Notes under the pieces: generated by a model
What the model was told of the DNA's origin: nothing
The model's database searches: none
What the model saw: only the letters and a program-made list of their open reading frames with translations
Made by a program: the position numbers and the translations under genes
Shown: positions 13,822 to 28,145 of the stretch, one piece after another
Numbering within the stretch: position 1 is the first letter of the stretch
Layout: the number at the start of each line of letters is the position of its first letter
Assembly (NCBI GenBank): GCA_964016885.1
Contig: OZ024746.1
Coordinates: 89,094,001 to 89,158,000, forward strand
DNA: 64,000 nucleotides
DNA from: Eledone cirrhosa
Taxonomy: Eukaryota
Direction of reading: 5' to 3'

Positions 13822-16290
13822 AAAGCCCGGCTGAAGATCTTACAGAAATGAATGAGGAAGCATATAAATTAATTACCAATTTAGGAATAGTAGGAAGAAC
13901 AGAGCCACTTATACCTAGGCAGCCGCGGATCAACTTAAAAATCACAAAAGAAACTTCGGGGAAGACCTGCCAGTTAGATTCATTGCTCTATCCAAATCGG
14001 ATATTGGAGTAATCAGTAAAAACATTATCGATAGAACCCTACCTGCTCTTAAACTGAGATCTTAATTGAGCTTGTGGAAAGATACGAATGAAGTCATAGA
14101 ATGGTTTAAGAATATAGATGATAAAAAAAACATAAATTCATCCAGATGGACATAACAAGCTACTATACTTCCATAACGCCCAACCTACTAAATAAGGCTC
14201 TATCATACGCTTACAAGCATACTGATCTAACCACGGATGAAATTGATATCATACTAACAGCTAGAAGAACTCTTATTAACTTCAACAACGAATATTGGAC
14301 TCGCTCAGATAGAAATAGAAACTTTGATATTACCATGGGGGGATCTAATTCAGCGCAAATCACAGATCTTCTGGGGATCTTCATATTAAATATGATAAAT
14401 AAAAAAACTGCCGGAGATTACCGGTGGTTTATATAGGGACGACATTTTATTTATGGTTGTCAAACACAACAATATTGAACTAAATAGAGTAAAGAAAAGT
14501 ATAATTGAATTCTTTAAAATGCATAACCTTAAGCTAGGAGTAGAAAGTGGTACGAAAATAGTTAATTTCGTTGATGTTACGTTTAACTTAAACTCTGGCT
14601 TTTATTACCCTTTTCATAAGCCCAATGAAAACTTAAATTACGTTAGTTATTACTCCAATCACCCTAAGTCAGTAAAAAAAGCAATTGTAAATATTGTGCA
14701 AAAACGCATTAATAGAATATCTGCCAATAAAGCAATATTTGATGAAAATGCTGGATACAACAATGAAGCGCTAAAAAGAGAAGGTTACCAGAATAGTATA
14801 GAATATGTAGATAATAATAATCCAAGTTTCAATCCTGATAAAAATAACGGTATATATAAACGAAATTCTAATAATTATAATTCAAACACCTATACGGGGA
14901 ACAAATCGAGGAAATGAACCAGAACTAAATCAGTTATATGGTTTGCACCCCCCCTGCTTCCGTAGCAGTAAGAACACCAATAGCAAACATATTCTTTAAA
15001 GCTTTAGACAGCTCTTTTTCCCTAGTCAACATAAATACCATTCCATTTTTAATAGACACACTATTAAATTATCTTATTCTACAACTATGAATATGGCCCA
15101 AAACATTGCTAAAATAAACAGTAAAATTCTAAAGCAGAATCAGCATAATGATCTTAATAATAGTGTTAACATAAATAATAAGAAATCAAAATGTAATTGT
15201 AGAAATAAACCAAATTGCCCTCTGAAAAATAATTGTTTGGACAGTAATTTGGTGTATAAATGCACCGTAAAAACTGATAACAACACATACAACTACATAG
15301 GAGCGACTTTTTCTACATTTAAAGCTAGATTTGCGAATCATAAATGCTCATTTACGAATTCTAATAGGAAATCATCGACTTCTTTATCACAGCTTATATG
15401 GTCATTAAAGACAAACATTTTAAATACTCGATCTTTTGGACGAAACTTTGTAATAGTGGAGTTTATCTCAAGTATATCAAGTAACTGCGCTCTCTGTACA
15501 ATGGAGACCCTATTGATAATTAATAATTATGAAAACTTAATTAACAAAAAAAGTGAATTATTCTCAAACTGCCTTCATAAAGCTTTGTCTAAATTCCAAG
15601 CTTCGCATAAAGTCAGGAAAAAACAGTAAGCAACCAAGCCTGGTTTTTAGACGTACATCATCAACTGTTGAAAATATCAATCTTATTGGCTTATAAAACT
15701 TTAATAATGCTTTATCTTCTAATCATTTATAATGGAAATAATGTTTGACTGAATGACATTTGTTTAATAACATGTTGGCAAGTTGATATACATAACCTAT
15801 GGTTTTTTGGATATTCTTAACTTTCATTAAGACCTTTATTTTTCTATCTCTGTTTTAAATATAGTTTAGATATCTAACCTGTAAATTTTACTGACCTTAA
15901 TTTGAACTGTGGATCATACATGCGTTTACATTTTTTATATATATGTATTTTATATATATGTGTGTATTTTACTTATTTGCAGATGGTTTTTGAAGATTCA
16001 GAAAGTTGGCTTTGTTTTTTATTTTTTTTACGTATTTTTAGTAAACAATGTTGGCAGACAAATATTGGTTTATATCTCCACTAAACTGGAAGTTAGACTG
16101 CTAACAGTGTTTTTAATCGATATGTTTTATTGGTTATATGCTGTCTTATTGATTTCTAGTATATCAATGTATGGTTTTTGCAAATATCTTTACCTAGTCT
16201 AAAAACATAATCGTAGTTATGCATGTATGAAACTACTATCAAATACTTTAATCGTTATTCTTTATTAAATGTATACCGTCTCATTAATAC
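13822..16290 (+). mobile_element. 5'-truncated, frameshifted Penelope-like element (RT + GIY-YIG endonuclease)
   Basis: RT motifs DITSYYTSI, FDITMGGSNSAQITDLLG, GLYRDD (~14425), NFVDVTFNL..FHKPN..SNHP; GIY-YIG LVYKC..YIGAT..FKARFANH..CALCTME (ORFs 14146-14436, 14453-14917, 15087-15629); starts in (TA)n. Confidence 0.9.
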
Positions 16291-16294
16291 TTAG

Positions 16295-16507
16295 TATATC
16301 TCTCTATATATTGTTTGTGCAAATATGTTTATATTGTATAATAACATAATCATAATTATACTTCGGTATATCTCTGTATATAGATTTGTGCAAATATGTT
16401 TATAATGTATAATAACATAATCATAATTATAGTTCGGTATAACTCTATATATAGTTTGTGCAAATATATTTATATAGTATAATAACATAATCATAATAAG
16501 AGTTCGG
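16295..16507. repeat. ~70-bp tandem repeat, ~3 copies
   Basis: TTTGTGCAAATAT..TATAATAACATAATCATAAT..TTCGGT recurs three times. Confidence 0.85.
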
Positions 16508-16970
16508 TCTTCCCTAGAAGGTAGAACTAAGGTAGTGATTTAATATATAATATGAACAAATAATAAAAAAAATAATAATTTATAGTCCTCTTATTACGAT
16601 CAATGTTTTAGTGACAGTCTCACTTACTTTAAATTTTCAGCAAACAGGGGAGGTAAAGCTGACAGAGTTATGTTTCGTACTGATTGGTATTTATCAGTAC
16701 GAAATATAGCTCTGTCAGCTTTATCTCCCCTGTTTGCTGAAAATTTAAAGTAAGTGAGACTGTCACTACTCTAAAACAATAGCATAAGGTCTTCGAAATG
16801 CTTTTAATTAAGTGTACGGTGTATTGCAAAATACACTATATATACATTCATATATATATAGCTATTTCAGAGCGCCAATTCTAATTTTCAATTTCTGCTT
16901 GACCGGCAACCGGTCTGTATACTCAGTTCCTGATTATTACTAGAAATTCTATAAGAATCAAACATTCATG

Positions 16971-17065
16971 ATTTTCAGCAAACAGGTGGAGTACTTGGCT
17001 TTGATAAGTACCAATCAGTACGAAACATAGCTCTGTTAGCTTTATCACCCCTGTTTGCTGAAAAT
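16971..17065 (+). ncRNA. Type I hammerhead, U3-A8 core variant (array unit 1)
   Basis: GGCT-TTGATAA-GTAC-caatca-GTAC-GAAACA-tagctc-TGTT-AGCT; extended stem I ATTTTCAGCAAACAGG / CCTGTTTGCTGAAAAT. Confidence 0.7.
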
Positions 17066-17614
17066 TTAAAGTAAGTGAGACTGTCACTACTCTAAAACAA
17101 TAGCATAAGGTCTTCGAAATGCTTTTAATTAAGCATACGGTGTATTGCAAAATACATTATATATACATTCATATATATATAGCTATTTCAGAGCGCCAAT
17201 TCTAATTTTAAATTTCTGCTTGACCGGCAAACGCTCTGTATAATCAGTTCCTGATTATTACTAGAAATTCTATAAGAATCAAACATTCATGATTTTCAGC
17301 AAACATGTGGAGTACTTGGCTTTGATAAGTACCAATCAGTACGTACGAAACATAGCTATGATAGCTTTATCTCCCCTGTGTGCTGAAAATTTAAAGTAAG
17401 TGAGACTGTCACTACTCTAAAACAATAGCATAAGGTCTTCGAAATGCTTTTAATTAAGCATACGTGTATTGCAAAATACACTATATATACATTCATATAT
17501 ATATAGCTATTTCAGAGCACCAATTCTAATTTTCAATTTCTGCTTGACCGGCAACCGCTCTGTATAATCAGTTCCTGATTATTACTAAAATTCTATAAGA
17601 ATCAAACATTCATG

Positions 17615-17709
17615 ATTTTCAGCAAACAGGTGGAGTACTTGGTTTTGATAAGTACCAATCAGTACGAAACATAGCCATGTCAGCTTTATCTCCCCTGTTT
17701 GCTGAAAAT
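17615..17709 (+). ncRNA. Type I hammerhead, U3-A8 core variant (array unit 3)
   Basis: TTGATAA 17645-17651; stem II GTAC/GTAC; GAAA 17666-17669; stem III ACAT/ATGT; GUC site ending 17681. Confidence 0.7.
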
Positions 17710-18513
17710 TTAAAGTAAGTGAGACTGTCACTACTCTAAAACAATAGCATAAGGTCTTCGAAATGCTTGTAATTAAGCATACGTGTATTGCAAAATACAC
17801 TATATATACATTCATATATATATATAGCTATTTCAGAGCGCCAATTCTAATATATACATATATTAAAAAGTTAAACAAGATTCAAATGAATGTATAGTAT
17901 ATATCTATTAAAAAGTTAAACAAGGTTCAAATGAATTCATAGTATATATCTATTAAATGATCCTTTTACAATAATTGATCTAAAACATTAATTTTTAACA
18001 ATATTTTCAGTAACTTATTTACTATATTGTATTATGTTATGTATATTTGAAAGGTATCATCTTAAGTCTTTAGACAATATAATCTTCATGTATTTTTTTT
18101 TATAAACACATATATGTAATTTAAAATTCAGACCCCTTTAAGTTTAATTATAATGCCCGTTGATTCTTTAAAAATTATAATTGTAATTATTTTCTAAATT
18201 ATATTATATAAACTGTTGTCAATATTATAAATAATTTTGGTAAAGTTTACCTTCGTGAGGTTTTAAAAACATTATGTTTTCTTTCTCGTGTTTGTAAATC
18301 CTTTACATTTGATTTCATAAAATTTGATTTTAGAAATTAAATTTGATAGTATACTTTAATATTAATACAGATACGTATTAACTTTTAAAACCTAAAATAT
18401 TATTCATTACTCTGAACTAACTTAAATTAAATATTTTGAATATTAACGGTCAACCAAATAAGTTTAGATATATATTGTATATATTGATAATTGTCTAAAA
18501 ACTTGAACATAAG

Positions 18514-18944
18514 TTATTCCTCTTTGTCTCTCTCTCTGTAATCAACTCTCTTTTGTTTTTCGAGGCCCCTACTAACTATATTATCTCAGTAGCTGTTTCT
18601 TCCTCTATGCTTTCCTTTCTTTCCTCTTTCTTCAGTAATTAAAATTTTTTAAACAGTTATATTGATGCCAAGTATTTTTTAAGCTGTCTCACACGCACCC
18701 TCTCTATTGAATGTATTATATATTTTTCTCATGTTCTCAATATTAAGGTATATAAATATTGAGTTTTGTCATATATTACAAACTACCATGACTGAATCTT
18801 AACCATCTACTCTGTCAGGGTATGTCATGCATCATCTTATTTTATTTGATGAGGACGTACTGTTGAAGTTAACTCAGTACCTCTGAAATATGTATAATAA
18901 AATAAACTTGATCACAAGAATATCTATTTTGTTAATATTTTGAA

Positions 18945-18950
<6 letters not shown>
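18514..18950 (+). mobile_element. pLTR-like segment with degenerate hammerhead (TTGATGA..GAAG)
   Basis: Homologous to 612-750 and, inverted, to 20951-21396; ends in (TA)n. Confidence 0.7.
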
Positions 18951-19038
<88 letters not shown>

Positions 19039-19120
19039 CATACATACATACATGCATACATATATATATATATATATAAATAATATCTATAACATATAAT
19101 ATATAATATGTATATATATA

Positions 19121-19153
<33 letters not shown>

Positions 19154-19760
19154 CATAAAATAAAATACAATATTGTATGCATATGTATGCATCTATGTGC
19201 ATGTATGTATGAATGCATGTATGTCATATGTAGTAATCTGTAAACATCTTAATTTTATATCTATAAACAAACTTGTATGCATTCAAAGTAGGGAAAAATG
19301 TGGCTTTCTTATTGGTTTAACAAATTATATTTTCACTTGCTGTTCAGTATTTAAAATATACTGATATATTCCATTAGAAATGAAGTGTGATAATGTATTT
19401 ATCGATGCTAGAAGGATGTGGAGAAGAGACAAATAAAACAAACTGAATTATATTGAATGTAGTCGAAGAAGGGGTTTCATTATAAAATCTACTGAAAGGA
19501 AGCGAATAATTTGTCGGACATTGATTACGCAGGAATTTAACGCAGGAGTTTTAATGGCTTGAAAAGCAAGGAATAAAATGATTATATATATTGTTGTTTA
19601 TATTGATGATCTTGTTCTTCAGCGCTTTCTCAGTTCTGATTGAGAAGAACTATGCTTAAACTTGCTTCACCTACGGCCGTTCCTCCTTCCTTCAGCTAAT
19701 TGTATCAAGAACGAATTAATCCACAGATGTCCATTATTCAAGATGATTATTACATTATGA

Positions 19761-19943
19761 GCGGTGAATTGGCAGTATCGGTAGAAGGCTGGACGCCATG
19801 CTTTCTAGCATAGTTACATCCCTTTACAGTCTGATTTCAAATCCCGCCGAGTTTAATTTTGCCTTTCATCCTTACGGGGTCGATAAAATAAAGTACCAGT
19901 AATGTACTGGGTAATTGCTGGCCTTGTGCCTAAAGTAGAAACA
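19761..19943 (+). mobile_element. Full-length tRNA-derived SINE with 15-bp TSD
   Basis: A-box-like TGGCAGTATCGG and B-box-like GATTTCAAATCC; TSD ATTATTACATTATGA at 19746-19760 and 19944-19958. Confidence 0.9.
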
Positions 19944-20516
19944 ATTATTACATTATGACAGGAAAAAACACTAGCTACTGTTTATAGCATGTCAAACGGA
20001 AACCCTCTATATCACAGGTTCTCAACCCATTTAGGCCAAACGCCCCCTTTTGTCCCTCGAAATCACGAAACGCCCCCCTACCCTATTTTTCCATTTTTCA
20101 ATATAATACTGATTTTGATATCAGTAGATTACTGAAAAATTAACAATATTCCAAAGATACCATTGCAGGCAGCTGAGAGTATAAATACATTCCTTGAAAG
20201 GAAATATATAAATAAAAAAAAAAGGAACATAAATGTTCTTTTTTATGAATAAGGACCAGTTGAATTTGTTATATTCCCACCAGGCGTTACCAGCTATTTT
20301 CTAAAAAGCTTCTAGAACATTTTAATGTCAGAACCGTTTGATGCACTCATTTTTATAATATTTATCGTTTTACTTTGTTTGAAATATTTCAACTTATCAG
20401 ATTAGAAGAAAACCTTTGCGATAGCACTCATTTGATCTACTATATTGTTTTTATTCTAATAGTCAGGAGTAAATTGATGAGACGACTTTCAGTCGATTAA
20501 AAAGAACATTTATATA

Positions 20517-20580
<64 letters not shown>

Positions 20581-20620
20581 CGTTTCTGAATTTGTTGGCA
20601 ACATGACCCTCCCAAAGTAT

Positions 20621-20724
<104 letters not shown>

Positions 20725-20802
20725 CTGTGTGTGTGTATGTCGGGTGGGTGGGTCTGTGTGTGTCGGGTGGGTGGGTCTGTGTGTGTGAGTATATTTACAA
20801 AT

Positions 20803-20882
<80 letters not shown>

Positions 20883-20884
20883 GC

Positions 20885-20930
<46 letters not shown>

Positions 20931-20950
20931 TATATATATATTAATATATA

Positions 20951-21396
20951 TATTAATTCAAAATATTAACAAAATAGATATTCTTGTGATCAAGTATATT
21001 TTATTATACATACTTCAGAGGTACTGAGTTAACTTCAACAGTACGTCCTCATCAGATAAAATAAGATGATGCATGACATACCCTGACATAGTAGATGGTT
21101 AAGATTCAGTCATGGTAGTGAGTAATATATGACAAAACTCAATATTTATATACCTTAATATTGAAACATGAAAAAAACCTACATATAATACATATAATAG
21201 AGAGGGTGGGTGTGAGAAAACTTAAAACTATATAGCAACGATATAACTGTTAGAGATTCAAATAATTTAAATTACTGAAGAAAGAGGAAAGAAAAGAAAG
21301 GCATAGAGAAAGAAACAGATGAAGGGATAATATAGCTAGTAAGATCCTAGAAAGCAAAAGAGAGTTGACTACAGAGAGTGAGATAAGGAGGAATAA
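20951..21396 (-). mobile_element. pLTR-like segment, inverted copy of 18514-18950
   Basis: Reverse-complement similarity; CTGATGA core on the minus strand near 21050. Confidence 0.7.
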
Positions 21397-21774
21397 TTTT
21401 TATAGTGTAATATATAGGGAGATATTAATTAGAACAACATTTGGGCTTCGCTTTATATATTAATATATATATATATATATATATCTAAGTCCAAAATTAA
21501 GATAAATCAATTAAATGAATTTAATCTAAATCGAAATCATGGGTGTCATGACAAAAAGCATGCGCCAATAAATCCTGAGAATTTAAGCTCAAAGATAAAT
21601 ACATCTGAGCATATTATAATAACTAGAGATTGATTAACATATAGAAATACATGAATAATCACAGGAGATAATTCAAGCTTGCGTGTAACCGCGCATAGCT
21701 AGTTTAGGCAATATTTACCTTTAAAAGTGATTAACATTCCTTGTATATATCCCATTAAAGAAATATATTTCACC

Positions 21775-22035
21775 AATTAATCAGAACTCGAGTGTGGAAC
21801 TTCCACACTCGAGTTCTATAGAGGATTAGTGGTGGGAAAGTGCGACGACGCACTCGGAGTGGCTCTGGGCGTCGACGAAGTTGAACTGACCAGTCTGTTC
21901 CGGAGGACTTTCGAGCCGGGGACGATAGATAATTTCCAGAAATCCCTCGCATTGCAGTGCTACCGGTGGGCACTGCCAGTTCGAAATAAATTCTACAGAC
22001 ACGGAAATGCTGTCAGACGGACCTGCCCGAGATGG
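21775..22035 (+). pseudogene. L1/Tx1-like ORF2 C-terminal fragment
   Basis: ..DNFQKSLALQCYRWALPVRNKFYRHG..TCPR resembles the zf-RVT region. Confidence 0.55.
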
Positions 22036-22059
22036 GGACCTGTCCGTTTTGCACCAATC

Positions 22060-22240
22060 AACTTTTGGCGGGAGGGGAAAGTCGATTAATTCGACCCCAG
22101 TGCATTATTGGTACTTTATTTTATGGATCCCCTAAGAATGAAAGGTAAAGCTAACCTCGGCGGGATATGAATTCAGAACGTAAAGGGCCTTAGCTATGTA
22201 CCCTGAAACATGTTTCCGACGCTCTACCGATACTGCCAAT
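22060..22240 (-). mobile_element. tRNA-derived SINE
   Basis: Reverse complement of the family. Confidence 0.8.
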
Positions 22241-23190
22241 AATAATAATAAGAATAGTAGTAGTAGTAGTATTTTGTACCACTACAGTTTTATATTCTAT
22301 ACAATTTTACATTCTATTTTCTCTTCTAGAATATTTTTTTTATTAAGTTATATGTTTGGTTAACATAATTATAATTGGTTACATATCACTTAACGTGCAA
22401 TCTAAATATGCTTCAAAATTATTCTGTTCAGACAGAAAAAGTTCCTTACTTCACGAGATAAATGCTTTTTGTCTAGACTTTATAATTTGATTTCTACTTA
22501 TTCTATTAAATTTTGGACACTGATAATCATATGTATAGAATGTAAAGATTGCGTTTTTTTAAAATTAAATATAGAGTTATGTCACCATTTACTATTTGTT
22601 TTGTACCCATTTTAATTCCCGTCCCAACACCATCCAACTGATGAAAGGTAAGTACAAACATATCTGTGATCGCGGATATCGGAAAAATAGTCTTCGAACT
22701 TACAAAGAAGTGTGAAAAAGTTAGCGCAAATAGAAATACATTTTTCAAAAATTTTCATTTTATTTGTTTTGGCTTCAAAAATTGGTAATTTGAAAAATGA
22801 AATACAGAATTTTATCTAATAATATATTATTTCAAAGAAGATCAATGTTACAATTTGGTTACGTTTCTGCTCTGTATTCATTCAGAGTATTTGTTTATAT
22901 TATTGATTAAGTTTGTTAGGAGAGTGAATTGGTAGACTAAATGACTGGCTGTATTTGTTTAGGTTCCTTATATTTTGAGTTCAAAGCCTACTGAAATCAT
23001 CTTTTCACTTAATTTAAAATATTAAGCCCAACCCCAAAATTTGTAACCCTGTGCGTATGTTAATTTTTTTTTTTTAATCACATCTGTTGAAAGATGATTT
23101 AAAAAAAAATTTTCTCCAAATAATAAATAAACGTCAAAACAAAATATGGAAATAAAATGACAAAAACGAAGAAAGTAAGCAACTATAAAA

Positions 23191-23402
23191 TAATTGTTTC
23201 TACTTTAGGCACAAGGTCAGTAATTTGAAGAGAAATGGAAAGTCGATTAAATCGACCCCAGTGCATTACTGGTGCTTTATTTATCGACCCCCATAAGGAT
23301 GAAAGGCAAAGCTAACCTCGACGGGATTTGAACTCAGAACGTAAAGGACCGTAACTCTATGCCACACAGAATGGTGTCCGATGGTCTACCGATACTGCCA
23401 AT
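23191..23402 (-). mobile_element. tRNA-derived SINE
   Basis: Reverse complement of the family, near full length. Confidence 0.85.
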
Positions 23403-24198
23403 CAATCCACATCAAATAATGTTGGTTGAGCTACTTTTACCTCGAAAGAAAGCATCTCTAATGACTTGTAACTTCACAGCTCCAAACCCCAGTTTCGCTA
23501 ACTTCAGACGGCAACTCAAGACCATTTCACAGTACATATTTCTTGTTTGCTTAACATAAATAAACTTACATTGGTGTAGACTGCTGGCGTTCTTGCTCCT
23601 CGTACCCCCCCCCTATTTACTACTATCGGAGCGGAGTTGCCGACGCATAGGAGTGAGCCCCGTGAGATGCAATAACTACTTCACAGATTCCCTTCGCGGT
23701 AACATTTTCTTCAATCTGTTCGCCGAAACCACGTGATTTGTGTGCCATTTCTACCGATCAAGAAAGTAAAGGCTATCTCGTATCCACCATATAGGTGAAT
23801 GAAGCCAGAGCTTATTCAGATTGAGAACAACTAACGAAAACCAGTATTTTCAAATAAAATGAATAAGTAATCTGAAAGCGCCTTGGAGTTGAACCTCTTT
23901 CGCACAATTGACACATCCTGATATTAATCGTACCCTACCATATTGAAATCTCCACGCTCCAAAAACAGAGATAAAAGGTAACATGAATACTGATAGAGGT
24001 ATTTCGTATTTCATATCGTATAACAAATTAGAAGGAATCATTTTTTATAACAAAGATACATTGAAAAAGCATTTGAACCACAGTGTTAGCATATGTGCTA
24101 AGAGAAATACCAAATCTTTATTTTACAAATTCATATGTATGCTACGTATGTTGAATTATGGTCTTCATCTTAAGGCTTAAGTCGAAGATCATAAATGT

Positions 24199-24241
<43 letters not shown>

Positions 24242-24289
24242 ACACGAAGACCGGAAATGCTTAATGTTTATATATATATATATATATTT

Positions 24290-24555
24290 AGTAATAATAA
24301 TAAATTTGAAGACTAAAATCCAAAGAGGACTCGATAAGGATAAATATATATCAAATATATAAGAACCGTAGAGAAAATATTTATTAAAATAACAGATTAA
24401 AGTTTAAGCAAAGAATAGCTGCTTTCCCCTTAACGGTATATTTGAAATATTTACTTCTGCGTTCACAGATTGACTTTTTTAGTTTCAGAAGATCCCGTTA
24501 AGGGTGAAAGCAGCGATTCTTTGCTTAAACTTTAATCTGTTATTTTAATAAATAT
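24290..24555. mobile_element. Fold-back pLTR-like element (arms ~24377-24434 / ~24496-24553) with hammerhead-like fold
   Basis: Flanked by (TA)n; relatives at 6791-6896, 41537-41640 and 49423-49474. Confidence 0.7.
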
Positions 24556-26397
24556 ATATATATATATATATGAAGTTTTATGCGCCATATCCGCTGTAGA
24601 ATATGCTCCAAGATTCCAATGAATAGATCCGAGCATTTAATATCAACTAGAAATTGATTGACACATATATATATCTAAAAGAAACATCTGAAACAATCAC
24701 AGGGAATAATTTGTAAAAGTGTGTAAGCACACATAGCCAGGTAGGTAACTAATTATAGTTTAACTAGAACTTTAACCATAGCTACCTTTTAAATTGATTA
24801 ATCTTCCAAATGATATGGTTGATTTTGTTATTATAGATAGTTTTTATGATGTTGATAGTTGTGAAATAGAATAAACATTTATGGCTAAGAAGAAGAATCT
24901 CTGATTTTGCTCAGCCTCCAAGACTTATATGCTAGAAAGAAAGAGACGTATGGTATAAACGATGGGTTTCTGTACAAGAAACTGCGAGTAGGTATGTTCC
25001 TGTTCTGGACAATAGAAAGCTCATTTCATAATATTAGTGTAGGCGTGTGCAATTATGACGGGCTTATAATTTCGAATACTACATGAGAGCCTACAGATGA
25101 CATTCTTAGGAAATTAATTGTGACACTGTTTGACAAATTCAGCATGAGGTTGACCTACAAACTAGGTGAAGATATAAGGTTGACCTTATATCTTCACCTA
25201 GTTTGAAAAAAGACAAGCCAGTCAGCAAATCAAATATCGCTCCATTCTATATTTACATAAAACCAAACCATTCAACGTTGTCAAATATCCATAATCATGA
25301 CTATAAACGTTTTATCAGGAGGAATTACTTTTAACACGATTATAGAATACAATAGTAAAGCAGTAAACCACACTTGCTATGAGTGAAAACATGAACTATG
25401 TACTCACCGACTACAACAGACAACACCTTTACACGCTATCGTCCAATTCACTAGTTGGCATTGGTATTGAAATATGTGTTACAAAGTAGATCGTCAGCGC
25501 CGAATTAAACCAGCTTTCCAATAAGAACAAATTAAATATATGCTTTAGTTATGTACAGAATATCTCCACTGTCGCCAAGCGTCAGATTACAAAAGCATTG
25601 ATATAAGATTAAGAGAGTTTCGGAATATGTTGAAGTACAGTAATCTCCCTCATTCTTACTGAGAAACTCCCTATCGTTTGTCAATTTATTCCGTTCCCAA
25701 ACAAAGCAAAGGAAGAAACTATTTCCAATCTGCTGTTACATACTTTATGCTGCGTCGATTTGTATCTACGCGTTGCCCTAAGTAGTTTTTCTGACTGAAT
25801 GTGTAAACGTTTATGGTAATCTATTTTCCTTAACTAGTTTTTTGTTTCTCTGCGAATATGAATAGAAATATGCATTTTTTCGGAAACGTTTATCGTTTTT
25901 TTATGATTTAGGAAAGCTTATGTAGGAAATTACTAGTTCATCTGTTAAATGCGATAATCATAATTAGACAAATTAGTCTATTTATCGCACCATCTCTGTC
26001 TGTGTTTCGTGGAAGTAATCCAAAAGATTCTAATTTCGGATGATGGTTCTCCTGTGTAGTTGTGTTATATTAGTTATAATAGAAGTAAAAGTTGCATTGC
26101 ATATGATTTATGAAACTTTCTGGTTCGTCCTACAGTGTTTATAATTATGATATATATTCCGATAATTTCATACGAGCTATTAATAATTATACGTGTCATG
26201 ATAAATGCCAGAGAAAAAGCATCATTCATATCCTATTAAATACATTCACATTCAGTGGCATGTGCTTATATAACTACTCCTAGTATATGTGTTTACATAG
26301 TTTAGTGATTGTAACGCCCAGTTATTGTAGGTTCACCAAAGTAGTTTCCAGTAGGTATAATTGTGTTGTACTAAACAGTGTGTAATAATAATAATAA

Positions 26398-26552
26398 TAA
26401 TTGTTTCTACTTTTTGCACAAGGCCAGCAATTACCCAGTATATTACTGGTACTTTATTTTATCGACCCCGTAAGGGGTTTGAACTCAGAATGGCAAGGGC
26501 CGTAACTCTATGCGTCAAAGCGTAGCGTCCGAACCTCTACCGATACTGCCAA
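26398..26552 (-). mobile_element. tRNA-derived SINE (internal deletion)
   Basis: Reverse complement of the family. Confidence 0.8.
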
Positions 26553-26712
26553 ACGAGGTGTTAGATCTTCATTACATTTATTGAGGTGTGACACGCGTCT
26601 CGCGATTGATCAGCTCAAGGCTCGATCTGTATCGATCCGGTCCGAATGTGGAAACAAAGACAAAACCGCCTAAATGTTAAAATCTTTAAAAATTCCATTG
26701 CACACCCACACA

Positions 26713-26776
<64 letters not shown>

Positions 26777-26790
26777 GAGATATATGGGTC

Positions 26791-26861
<71 letters not shown>

Positions 26862-26899
26862 TAATATATATATATATACACATGTATATATAAATATAC

Positions 26900-27218
<319 letters not shown>

Positions 27219-27724
27219 TATATATATATATATATATTTCGTTTCTGAATTTGTTTAGCAAGATTCTTTATCTGAAAACATGTGTTGAAACCGATATTGT
27301 TATACTTTGGGAGGGTCATGTTGCCAATAAGAAACACACGCACCAGTTGCTTTCACTTCAATTTATTATAATAAATTAATAAATTTAGAAATTTATAAAT
27401 TTCCGGTTGGTTAGTTGGTTCCACAACCAGATGGTTGTTTATATATTGTAAAAGTTCTTTCGTCACACATTCTGTGACCTCTTCAGTGACTGGGGATTCT
27501 TTTATTTGTTTTTGTGCCTCTCCTTTGTTCTGGCGCGGATTCCAAGAAGAGCTCCGTGTCTCTTCCACAAATTTGTAGGTTCAAAATTCTTCATAATCAA
27601 TGATTCGGAAAATAAATAATGGAAATATAGTCACTATTTTTATGAAGACAAGAGTGATAACAGAAGTAAAAAAAATGTGCATAAAATTATCAGTTGAAAA
27701 TTGCGAACAAATATCGTCCACACC

Positions 27725-28145
<421 letters not shown>

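Larger units (their letters stand above)
16609..17851 (+). repeat. ~320-bp tandem array (~3.6 units) with a hammerhead per unit and a 5' inverted segment (16609-16684)
   Basis: Equivalent cleavage positions at 16716, 17037, 17362, 17681; arms 16609-16684 / 16693-16768 are inverted. Confidence 0.9.

Noticed and set aside
16693-17851. CRISPR-like array
   Set aside because: Whole units repeat with no unique spacers; eukaryotic context; no cas genes
19761-19860. tRNA gene
   Set aside because: A/B boxes belong to a SINE head with a TSD; no complete cloverleaf
24850-25600. Possible highly decayed Penelope RT (also ~8500-9250 and ~28350-28900)
   Set aside because: Only faint motif echoes; boundaries cannot be supported without a translated search
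27265-27335. Hammerhead-like CTGAAAA..GAAAC
   Set aside because: G8 missing without compensation and stems not convincingly assignable
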